From a virus, in the IMG/VR virus record IMGVR_UViG_3300025872_000037, positions 64,088-128,087 of that record: DNA of 64,000 nt. The stretch is one strand, 5' to 3'. Both the position numbers and the translations under genes were made by a program. The first letter of the stretch is position 1; the number at the start of each line of letters is the position of its first letter. Under the pieces are notes generated by a model, which had not been told where the DNA came from, did no database searches, and saw only the letters and a list, made by a program, of their open reading frames with translations. Positions 24,286 through 32,482 of this stretch are shown in pieces.

Positions 24286-25431
24286 ATGAAGTTTGGCCAG
24301 ACAGCCGCTATTGCTTTAGCTTTAGCGGCTGCTTCGTCTGCAAAGGCTTATATCGGAAAGATGATGGAGGTCACTGGCCCTACGCAGATCGTGCGAGGCA
24401 AAGACAAGATTGAAGGTAAAGTAGAGGTTGGAGTTGAGATGAATGACTCAGTCGAGACTTTAAAATCTCGTGTGTCCATCACGTTCGAGGATAATACTAA
24501 GATGCAAGTCACAGAGTTCTCGAAGCTCAAGATCGATGAGTTCGTTTATGATCCAAAGAGTGGTAAAGGATCACTGTCTGTCAAGGCTGCATTCGGCACT
24601 GTGAGGTACGCATCCGGAGCCATTGCCAAGAACAGTCGAGAAAACGTCAAGGTTCAGACTCCGACAGCCAAGGTTTCGGTGCGTGGTACTGACTTCTCTA
24701 TGACGGTATCGGAGGACGGCAAGAGTCTGATCGTCCTTTTACCATCAAAGCCACTGGCGGCCGGAGGACCTCCGTTGGTTGGAGAGATCTCAGTGTCGAA
24801 TCTCTCCGGAACTGTGATGCTCAATCAGGCGTATCAGGCCACATTCGTTGCGTCATCCACGATTGCACCGACAGTACCAGTGATACTAGACTTTCAGGAT
24901 GAGTCAAAGATCAACAATATGCTCATCGTGGAGACTCCGCGCCAGGTGTCTCAGGCTGTTAAAGAGCAAAAGAAAGAAAAGCAGAATCAATCTAGCAATG
25001 AAGAAGATAATAAACCGAAAAGGGGAGCCAGCACAAAGTCTGAAAACAATAAGACTGCGGTTTCTCAGGTCGATACGCCACCAACTGCTGAAGCAGTGGC
25101 TCAGACAGAAGAGCCAGCTCCTGTCGAAACTAAGTTAGAATTGGCAGCAATCCAGCCTGCAGTATTGCAGGCGGCCGCTCAGGCAATCGAGAAGGTAGTG
25201 GCTCCAGCTGCGCCAGTTACTCCTGTTCTGGTAAGTATGACAACAAATCCTGGATGGTCTACAGATGGAGTGAATGCTATACTCTCGCTTGATAACAGCG
25301 GACAGATCCTGTACTACACCACAAAAGCAAATGCCAGTCTGACAGTGGAGGTCACGACAGCAGCAGGTACTAAAACATACCCGCTAAACTTTGGCGATAA
25401 ATCATCTGTGAAAGTAATACAAAAGAAATGA
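24286..25431 (+). CDS. Periplasmic FecR-domain protein
   Basis: Signal peptide; ITFEDNTKMQVTEFSKLKIDEFVYDP, VQTPTAKVSVRGTDF. Confidence 0.85.
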   Translation: MKFGQTAAIALALAAASSAKAYIGKMMEVTGPTQIVRGKDKIEGKVEVGVEMNDSVETLKSRVSITFEDNTKMQVTEFSKLKIDEFVYDPKSGKGSLSVKAAFGTVRYASGAIAKNSRENVKVQTPTAKVSVRGTDFSMTVSEDGKSLIVLLPSKPLAAGGPPLVGEISVSNLSGTVMLNQAYQATFVASSTIAPTVPVILDFQDESKINNMLIVETPRQVSQAVKEQKKEKQNQSSNEEDNKPKRGASTKSENNKTAVSQVDTPPTAEAVAQTEEPAPVETKLELAAIQPAVLQAAAQAIEKVVAPAAPVTPVLVSMTTNPGWSTDGVNAILSLDNSGQILYYTTKANASLTVEVTTAAGTKTYPLNFGDKSSVKVIQKK

Positions 25432-27470
25432 AGAAACATACTCTCAAAACACTTGCAGTTGGCTTTAGTGTGCTCGTCGTAGCAATCTTGCTACGTATCT
25501 GGGATCCATATCCGATTGAGGTGTTACGCCTAAAAGGTTTAGATTACTACCAGCGACTACAAGAAAAGCGTGTGGCAGAAAACATCGCGGTGATCGAGAT
25601 CGATGAAGACGCGCTAGAAACAAATGGCCAATGGCCCTGGAAGCGCGATGTTCTTGCCGCGGGTATTCAGCGGGCATTTGACGAAGGCGCGTCAGCTGTT
25701 GTGCTTCCAATCATTTTTGCAGAACCAGATCGTCTAGGCGGCGATGCTGCATTTGTCGAGCAACTCGGCAAGGCGCCAGTCATCATCGCTCAATCGGCTG
25801 CACAAAAGGGCAAAGGTGAGCCAGTACCGCGCGGTCTTGCAACAATCGGCGGAGGTGCTGAAGATTGGCTATTCGATTATCCAGCGGCAATAGGACCAGT
25901 TGGTGACATTGGTAAATCAGCTGCAGGTGTAGGCATGCTACTAACAGCACCCGAACTTGATGGCGTGGTACGTCGCTTACCACTGATTGTTCAGGTCAAA
26001 GGCGAGAAATATCCTACTCTACCACTTGAAGTGCTGCGCGTCTTTGGCGGCGAGGCAAGCAATCAAGCTAAAGTATCTGAGGCGGGTATTTCAGCAATTC
26101 GAGTTGCTGGTATTCCGCCAATCAAAACCGATGCGAATGCGCGAGTCTGGCTCAATTTCAAGTATACCTTTCCATCGGTAGCATACACCGCAAAAGATTG
26201 GTCAGCGATAAAAGGAAAGATTGTTGTTATCGCGCCGACAGCAGAAGGTCTTGCAAATACTGTTGCTACTCCACTCGGAACAAGTTATGGATATGAAGTT
26301 AATCTGCAGGCATTGCAAATGCTGATCGATGAAGCACGTCTCGAACGTCCCGCAGAATTTGATCTGTATGAGCTAGGCGCTGGTCTGCTAGTTGCAGCAA
26401 TTGCAGTGGTAACGATCTGCTACCTAGGATATGGCATCGCTGGCCTGATCTTTGCTGTACTTGCTGCTCTGCCGATCGGCGCAGGATTCTATCTGTTTAA
26501 TCTGGGTATGCTTGCCGACTATACCTGGATCGTGGGCGCGTTGATTGCAAGCTGGGGATCTGCGCTGTTTATGCGCTTCGTGATGGAATTCAAGCTCAAG
26601 CAGCAAATCAAGAAGCAGTTCGAGACATACCTCTCACCGGATCAGGTCGCACAGCTGCAGAAGAATCCCGATGCACTCAAGCTGGGTGGCGAGGAACGCG
26701 AGCTCTCGATTATGTTCACTGATGTCCGCGGATTCACCGCGATCTCTGAGCACTACGGAAAGAACGTGCAGGGACTGACGCAGATTATGAACCGCTATAT
26801 GACTGCAATGACGCGCTCGATCATTGAAAAGAAAGGCACACTTGACAAGTACATCGGTGATGCTCAGATGGCATTTTGGAATGCGCCGCTTGATGATAGT
26901 TCTCATGCCATCCATGCCGTCGAGACAGGACTTGAAATGATGGGTAGCCTCAAAGCGTTCAATGAAGAGATCGCAAGGGAAGGTGTGCCGGCATTCGGTA
27001 TGGGATTGGGAATTAACACTGGTACTGTAGTCGTAGGCAATATGGGATCTGAGCAGCGGTTCGACTACACCTGTCTAGGCGACCACGTCAATCTTGCTTC
27101 TCGCCTTGAGGGTCAGTCAAAACCGTACGGCGTCAAAATTGTGCTTGGACCAGTGACACGAGAGAAGGTCAAGGATGTCTATCCTACGCTCGAGCTCGAC
27201 TGCATTGCAGTGAAAGGCAAGAAAGAAGGCGTGAAGATCTACACTGTTTTCGATAAGGGTACTAGTACCTATTCTAGCAGCCATGACCATTTCTTGGAAT
27301 ACTACCGCGCACGCCAGTGGGACAAAGCGATTGCACTGGCAAAAGACCTTGCTACTCGGATGGATTTCATGGCTGGATACTATGAGATGATGATCGAACG
27401 AATCGAGTATCTGCGCGACAATGACCCGGGCGAACAGTGGGATGGCGTCTACAGAGCGACATCTAAGTAG
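25428..27470 (+). CDS. CHASE2-domain class III adenylate cyclase
   Basis: GQWPWKR, FAEPDR, DGVVRR (CHASE2); 3 TM; MFTDVRGFT, DKYIGDA, RFDYTCLGDHVNLASRLE (Lys/Asp specify ATP). Confidence 0.93.
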   Translation: MKKHTLKTLAVGFSVLVVAILLRIWDPYPIEVLRLKGLDYYQRLQEKRVAENIAVIEIDEDALETNGQWPWKRDVLAAGIQRAFDEGASAVVLPIIFAEPDRLGGDAAFVEQLGKAPVIIAQSAAQKGKGEPVPRGLATIGGGAEDWLFDYPAAIGPVGDIGKSAAGVGMLLTAPELDGVVRRLPLIVQVKGEKYPTLPLEVLRVFGGEASNQAKVSEAGISAIRVAGIPPIKTDANARVWLNFKYTFPSVAYTAKDWSAIKGKIVVIAPTAEGLANTVATPLGTSYGYEVNLQALQMLIDEARLERPAEFDLYELGAGLLVAAIAVVTICYLGYGIAGLIFAVLAALPIGAGFYLFNLGMLADYTWIVGALIASWGSALFMRFVMEFKLKQQIKKQFETYLSPDQVAQLQKNPDALKLGGEERELSIMFTDVRGFTAISEHYGKNVQGLTQIMNRYMTAMTRSIIEKKGTLDKYIGDAQMAFWNAPLDDSSHAIHAVETGLEMMGSLKAFNEEIAREGVPAFGMGLGINTGTVVVGNMGSEQRFDYTCLGDHVNLASRLEGQSKPYGVKIVLGPVTREKVKDVYPTLELDCIAVKGKKEGVKIYTVFDKGTSTYSSSHDHFLEYYRARQWDKAIALAKDLATRMDFMAGYYEMMIERIEYLRDNDPGEQWDGVYRATSK

Positions 27471-27532
27471 ATCAACGACTTACGTAACTTTCTTTCCTGT
27501 ACTTTTAGCTCAAGGTATGTAGTGTAGTGATA

Positions 27533-27787
27533 ATGAAACTGCACTACTTTACCTCGGATCAATTCAAGTGGAAGGGTACTCACGGTACTGCTAAGATTAG
27601 TGATATACTGAGCAACCGTCACGAGAACATCAGCCGGTTTGCCATTACTTCTATTCGTACTGGACAAACTCGTTTCTACGAGATCGATACCAATGCGCCT
27701 GGGTATGAAGACGGATGGGACGGCGAATTCAAGTGCTATACCGACAATCTTTTCGATGGTACTCGGATTACTATAGTGAACGACTGA
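27533..27787 (+). CDS. Small early hypothetical protein
   Basis: Leaderless behind CTGTAC-N17-TAGTGT. Confidence 0.65.
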   Translation: MKLHYFTSDQFKWKGTHGTAKISDILSNRHENISRFAITSIRTGQTRFYEIDTNAPGYEDGWDGEFKCYTDNLFDGTRITIVND

Positions 27788-27791
27788 TAGT

Positions 27792-28174
27792 CAGTTACTT
27801 ACGTAACTTTCTTTCCTGTACTTTTTGAGCCATTTGTGTAGGATATTGCCATGATGAATGCTAAGCAACTTGCCGCTCGTACTAATGTCGTGACATCCTT
27901 TGTCTCTAAATCTTGGATGACTGACGGTACGCGAACTGTAGTTCAGTTTTTGCCGCGCGAAAAGCAAGTTATTGGACAGACACAAACTCGCGAGCGCGAG
28001 ATCATCGCTAGCTCGGTCTTGCCCGTCAAAGAAGACGACTGGGCGTTGCTCTACAAAGTTTTTGCAACTAACACGAGTTTTGAGCGTTGGGAGATGTCCT
28101 ACTGAGCATCAACGGGTTACGAACTTTTCTGTCCTGTACTTTTTGAGCCATTTGTGTAGGATATTGCTATGATG
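27792..28174 (+). repeat. Near-identical duplicated early-promoter cassettes (27792-27856 and 28110-28174; related copy at 27473-27525)
   Basis: Shared TCCTGTACTTTTTGAGCCATTTGTGTAGGATATTGC(C/T)ATGATGAA. Confidence 0.85.
27851..28105 (+). CDS. Small early hypothetical protein
   Basis: Leaderless; TAGGAT + 6 nt + ATG. Confidence 0.7.
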   Translation: MMNAKQLAARTNVVTSFVSKSWMTDGTRTVVQFLPREKQVIGQTQTREREIIASSVLPVKEDDWALLYKVFATNTSFERWEMSY

Positions 28175-28459
28175 AAAAACGAACTGAAGACTGTCAAGTA
28201 CAATGGTGTCCGCTATCGCATCACGCGAAACAATGGCGTGGAGCTCGTACTTGTGCCGCGTCGTGCGAAGAATGACGACAAGAAAGTCACTGTAAAAATC
28301 TCCGATCTCTCCAAGCGTCTTCGCGACCGCCTCAAGGCTGGCAAGAACGCAACTGATTACCACTACGTGCGTAGCGCGATGAACGGTGCTCTCGTCAAGG
28401 AAGACATTGCTACGCCGTACGGCTGCTCTGTGGGCGATGAGGCCTACTGGTGTAACTAA
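28169..28459 (+). CDS. Small early hypothetical protein
   Basis: Leaderless; C-terminal TPYGCSVGDEAYWC motif. Confidence 0.7.
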   Translation: MMKNELKTVKYNGVRYRITRNNGVELVLVPRRAKNDDKKVTVKISDLSKRLRDRLKAGKNATDYHYVRSAMNGALVKEDIATPYGCSVGDEAYWCN

Positions 28460-28563
28460 TTGGTAGTCAACGGGTTAGAAAAACTTAGCGTGCCTGTTGG
28501 CTATCAACGGGTTACGCAACTTAAATAGCTTTACTTTTTGCTCAGAGTGTGTAGCATAGTCTT

Positions 28564-28992
28564 ATGAAAATGATACTTGCGCTTCTTGCTCTGACGACCG
28601 CTGCGGCTGCTGCCGACCAGTCGCGTCTGATTGATGCGTTGATCCGCGTCGAGTCAAATGGCAACGCCGCTGCGGTGGGCGACTCCGGCAAAGCTCTCGG
28701 CATTCTTCAGATCCATGCGATTACTGTCGCCGAGGCTAACCGCCTGTCTGGCAAGCACTTTACGCATCGTGAGATGCTCGACCCTACTAAGGCGCGCGCT
28801 GTTGCCGAGATTGTGCTAAGCCATTACTCTAAACACATTAGCAAAACGACCGGCCGTGATGCGACCAACAAGGAATTGGCGTTCATCTGGAACGGTGGTG
28901 CGGGCGCATGGAAGCGAGTCGCCAATCCGGTGGCCGACGCCAAGCAGAAGAACCTCGAGAACTACTGGAACAAAGTTTCGCGGTCGCTGTAA
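28564..28992 (+). CDS. Secreted lysozyme-like / lytic transglycosylase-fold protein
   Basis: Signal peptide; LIRVES (catalytic Glu), AVGDSGKALGILQI, WNGG, YWNKV. Confidence 0.8.
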   Translation: MKMILALLALTTAAAAADQSRLIDALIRVESNGNAAAVGDSGKALGILQIHAITVAEANRLSGKHFTHREMLDPTKARAVAEIVLSHYSKHISKTTGRDATNKELAFIWNGGAGAWKRVANPVADAKQKNLENYWNKVSRSL

Positions 28993-29000
28993 ATCAAACA

Positions 29001-29195
29001 ATGAACGACTCACATCTTCAACCTCCCCAATCAGACATTGACTCTGCACTTAGAATTGAAAAGAGTGTGAAGCAAAATGAGCGAGCACACTATCTGGAAT
29101 TCATGAACGATGTTCCGATGTCTGCTCGTAAGACACCAAGAGAATTGCGTGATGGTTGCATCTTGAGCCATCTTTTCGATCGGTCGAGGCAATAA
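29001..29195 (+). CDS. Hypothetical protein
   Basis: ATG at 29001 within ORF 28908-29195. Confidence 0.45.
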   Translation: MNDSHLQPPQSDIDSALRIEKSVKQNERAHYLEFMNDVPMSARKTPRELRDGCILSHLFDRSRQ

Positions 29196-29204
29196 TTGTT
29201 TACC

Positions 29205-29417
29205 GTGAAAGCAAAAACTAAAGTCGAGTACCGCCTTGAGTGGCGCGCAGTATGGCCTGAGCCAAGTTGGGAGCCAGCTGGCCGATTCGTCAATCCTGTC
29301 TCTATGAGAGAAGCAGTCAAGAAAATGATGAAAGATGGCAATAAAGTTCGCGTCACTAAGATAGTTTCTGAACGCACAATCCACACGCCCAAAGGTTGGA
29401 AAAACTCGCTAGAATAA
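29205..29417 (+). CDS. Hypothetical protein
   Basis: GTG at 29205 within ORF 29196-29417. Confidence 0.45.
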   Translation: MKAKTKVEYRLEWRAVWPEPSWEPAGRFVNPVSMREAVKKMMKDGNKVRVTKIVSERTIHTPKGWKNSLE

Positions 29418-29425
29418 ATACCTTT

Positions 29426-29562
29426 GTTCTGTGAAATGAGCCTACTTCTAGTAAGTAGATCAAGATATACGTTTCGGCCTTCGTTCACAAGATGACACTG
29501 TTGGCCTAGTTAACATAAAAAGATACTTCAACTCAGATTGAGGTAGGCTCATTTGACAGAAC
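29426..29562 (+). ncRNA. Rod-shaped RNA (about 137 nt), unknown family
   Basis: 23-nt terminal arms GTTCTGTGAAATGAGCCTACTTC / GAGGTAGGCTCATTTGACAGAAC; AATAAATA 5 nt upstream; T-run downstream. Confidence 0.55.
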
Positions 29563-29605
29563 TTTTTGATTTACATTCCGTGCCGTTTATGGCAGGATCT
29601 ACACT

Positions 29606-29896
29606 ATGACTAAGACTAAATACACTCGCGAGCAGTTGCTCAAAGTTCTTCGCGCCGGAGATCCGGTTGTTGTGACATTCACCAAGGTTGATGGAACTAA
29701 GCGAGATATGCGCTGCACGCTCAACGACATTCTCGTACCAGAGGATAAGCATCCGAAGGGCACAAAGCAGATCAAAGAGAATCTGGATGTCATTCGCGCT
29801 TACGATCTTGATTCAGATGGCTGGCGCTCGTTCCGTGTCGATTCTGTCACTGGTTACACGCCCGCGCCACTTGAAGTAAATCTGAACCTGATCTAA
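29606..29896 (+). CDS. SH3/WYL-like small protein, conserved in T4-like phages
   Basis: VTFTKVDGTKRDMRCTL...YDLDSDGWRSFRVDSV. Confidence 0.8.
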   Translation: MTKTKYTREQLLKVLRAGDPVVVTFTKVDGTKRDMRCTLNDILVPEDKHPKGTKQIKENLDVIRAYDLDSDGWRSFRVDSVTGYTPAPLEVNLNLI

Positions 29897-29897
29897 T

Positions 29898-31088
29898 ATG
29901 GCGCGCAAAGCAAAAGTTCCGAACACAAGCTACAAGATCCGCGCCATCGACACTCGGTATACAGGTGACGAGCCTGTCTGGGATGGCTGGGAGCGTTGGG
30001 ATCTGGAGAAGTTCAAGAAAGAACGTTCTCGCGCATTCAATTTTTACAACTACTACTTGGATGCGGTGCAGACGAAAGGCGCTGTCTTTGAGTGGATGGA
30101 GCGCAACAGTTATTCTAAGGATGACATTGCTGCAGTAAAAGCTGCGCCCGACTATCTTCCGGGTATTACTGCTGGCACGTTGTGCATCTGTATGAACCGC
30201 GGTATGCCGGCGCTGCATCCTGAACTTGAAAACGAGCAACCTTCTGACGCAGCATTTGTCTCTGATGCACTGATCAAAGCGATTGCAGAAGGCCGGCGTG
30301 CTAAGCAGCCAGATACTGTGGCAGTAGATACTGCGCCAGCTATTTCGCCGATGCTTCTTCTGAAGGCCAAGGCGCAGCGCACAGTCATCATGGATCTTGA
30401 TGTTCTGCTTGATGACTGGATGCGAACCAAGGGGCAGAAGGTGCGCCGCATCGATCTGTATGAGACGATGAACGGACACGATCTATCCGCCCTAGCTTGC
30501 CCGCTCGTTGAACGCTGGCTGACGCGGCAGCGCGATGAAATGGTTGCTGCGCGTGACAAGACTGACCCCGATCTGGTTGAAGGCTATCGCTATCTGACAG
30601 GGCCTGAGCTGCGTGACCGCATCGATGCGACAGAACAGATGCTCGCTGATCTGAGCCGTTACTGCCATGCTGCAAAAGCAACTCGTGCACCGCGCAAGAA
30701 GCGTGCTAAGTCTGCAGACAAGCAGATCACCAAGCTCAAATACCGCAAAGAAGACACCGAGTATAAGATTGCATCGATCAATCCGACACGAGTTGTTGGT
30801 GCATATCGTTTGCTAGCATTCAATACCAAGAAGCGTATGCTGCTTGACTATGTTGCTCAGTCAGCGGAAGGTTTCTCGATCAAGGGAACCTCGCTCAAGA
30901 ACGTCGATGAAACTAATAGTCGTTGCACTCGTCTGCGAAAGCCTAACGAATTCCTGGAGGTTGTGCTGAATAATACCGCCAAGCAGATTGAAAAGGCCTG
31001 GGAAAAGCTGACTACGAAGGAAGGTAAACCCAAGGTACGAATCAATGAGGATGTAGTACTGCTACGAGTCTTCGATAAGAAAGATTAA
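29898..31088 (+). CDS. Conserved T4-like myophage hypothetical protein
   Basis: 396 aa; RAFNFYNY, L.EGY, SINP..VVGA, FSIKGTSL, LRKP, RINEDVVLL. Confidence 0.75.
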   Translation: MARKAKVPNTSYKIRAIDTRYTGDEPVWDGWERWDLEKFKKERSRAFNFYNYYLDAVQTKGAVFEWMERNSYSKDDIAAVKAAPDYLPGITAGTLCICMNRGMPALHPELENEQPSDAAFVSDALIKAIAEGRRAKQPDTVAVDTAPAISPMLLLKAKAQRTVIMDLDVLLDDWMRTKGQKVRRIDLYETMNGHDLSALACPLVERWLTRQRDEMVAARDKTDPDLVEGYRYLTGPELRDRIDATEQMLADLSRYCHAAKATRAPRKKRAKSADKQITKLKYRKEDTEYKIASINPTRVVGAYRLLAFNTKKRMLLDYVAQSAEGFSIKGTSLKNVDETNSRCTRLRKPNEFLEVVLNNTAKQIEKAWEKLTTKEGKPKVRINEDVVLLRVFDKKD

Positions 31089-31156
31089 TAGCTAATAGCT
31101 TTATCCTTTACAAGATTTAATCAAGGCTGTATTATATCATCTTGGAATCACAACTA

Positions 31157-31387
31157 ATGTTAGATAACATCTTAACTAAAACTACATTAACTCAACGAGT
31201 AGAAGAACTTGTTAAAGTTGAGAAGATGACTTACATCGAGGCAGTGCTACATATCTGCAATGAGCATCAGATCGATCCTGCCGATATTGGCAAGCTGATC
31301 GTGCCGTCGATTAAAGCTAAGATTGAAGCTGAAGGTATGGCATCTAATCTTCTTCCTAAGTCTAACTCGCTGAATAACTTTTTATGA
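31157..31387 (+). CDS. 33: Late transcription co-activator gp33
   Basis: VEELVKVEKMTYIEAVLHICNEHQID..IGKLIVPSIKAKIEAEG; located upstream of gp59/gp32. Confidence 0.85.
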   Translation: MLDNILTKTTLTQRVEELVKVEKMTYIEAVLHICNEHQIDPADIGKLIVPSIKAKIEAEGMASNLLPKSNSLNNFL

Positions 31388-31578
31388 GCACAGAACAAAC
31401 CGTAAACATTACCGCTAATCCCGATGGTTCGCTGGCCGCTACGCCCGCTAAGATTCCACTGAAGTTTCGTCCTCGCCGCGGCCGCCATCCTGATGTTACG
31501 CCTGGCGCGTTTGGCAATGGCCGCAAGCACAATGGCATCAAGTACCGTCGTAGCTCCCTGATCCGTCGTTTTCAATGA
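31384..31578 (+). CDS. Small basic hypothetical protein
   Basis: 64 aa, overlapping start/stop codons. Confidence 0.5.
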   Translation: MSTEQTVNITANPDGSLAATPAKIPLKFRPRRGRHPDVTPGAFGNGRKHNGIKYRRSSLIRRFQ

Positions 31579-31826
31579 TGAAGGTCTACACACTCGATCA
31601 GAACGATCTGCAGAGGACCGGTCAAGCGGCCACCACTGCATTTCTGAATACGGCTCTGGCTGATAAAGTCATCACTCAGGAGCAATACAATGAACTCTCG
31701 AAGTACAGTATGATCTGCCATACCCCGAACGGATTCATTGAACGGCTGAAAACCGCCATTGGATTCAACAAGGAAGAGAATGGGTATGAGAAGATCTACT
31801 GGACTTCGCATCAACTGACAAGGTAA
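31575..31826 (+). CDS. Hypothetical protein
   Basis: 83 aa, overlapping start/stop codons. Confidence 0.55.
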   Translation: MMKVYTLDQNDLQRTGQAATTAFLNTALADKVITQEQYNELSKYSMICHTPNGFIERLKTAIGFNKEENGYEKIYWTSHQLTR

Positions 31827-32446
31827 TGCAGCCTTGGGAGGCATATCAGATATATACTGCGCTGAAGCTGCACTTTGAGTCCGAATCTTACGACGCCTTA
31901 AAGTACAACTTTAGAACTTCTGCTAGCCAGAAGTCGTTCCTTCAAAGACGGGATCGCTTTCACTTCGCCAAGCTGGCTAAGAAGTATCCCGAACAAAAAA
32001 CTTTGGTTGACTTCCTAGTTGCTAACTTCTCTAAATGGGGACGCAGCACCTGGGCAGGCAACCTGCTCGATAACACGGGTGAAGAAGTATACCGAGACTG
32101 GCTCAAAAAGCGAGACTCGTTCACGTACTTCTTTACAAGTGAGGTCGACAAACTCGCTGACTATTGTGAGAAGAACTCGCTGACATTCGATCAATTATTT
32201 GCTCGCGATGGCACGAATCATCCTAAAATAGTCAAGCTTTTCGGTGAAAACGAAATCTCAAAAGAGACAATAACTGTCTTTGATGAGCTACTCAATTTTA
32301 TGAAGCATCAGAACGTAACAGAGACGATCTTCTGGCCAGAATTTGAGAAGTCAATCCGAAAATACCGGCCCTTTCTCCGTCAAAACGTAGACATTAGTAA
32401 GTGCAAGTCTATTGTGCTGAAAAGGTTTGCAAACGGAGGACGCTAA
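31826..32446 (+). CDS. 59: Helicase loader gp59
   Basis: YQIYTALKLHF..YDALKYN, F.QRRDRFHFAKLA, ISKETI, KYRPFL. Confidence 0.9.
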   Translation: MQPWEAYQIYTALKLHFESESYDALKYNFRTSASQKSFLQRRDRFHFAKLAKKYPEQKTLVDFLVANFSKWGRSTWAGNLLDNTGEEVYRDWLKKRDSFTYFFTSEVDKLADYCEKNSLTFDQLFARDGTNHPKIVKLFGENEISKETITVFDELLNFMKHQNVTETIFWPEFEKSIRKYRPFLRQNVDISKCKSIVLKRFANGGR

Positions 32447-32482
32447 CATACAATACCATACGCAATCATACACTAAAATACT

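Noticed and set aside
10850-27470. Bacterial contamination or prophage boundary explaining the adhesin, curli and cyclase genes
   Set aside because: They are interleaved with T4-like genes, share the same spacing style, and sit behind T4 late-type promoters.
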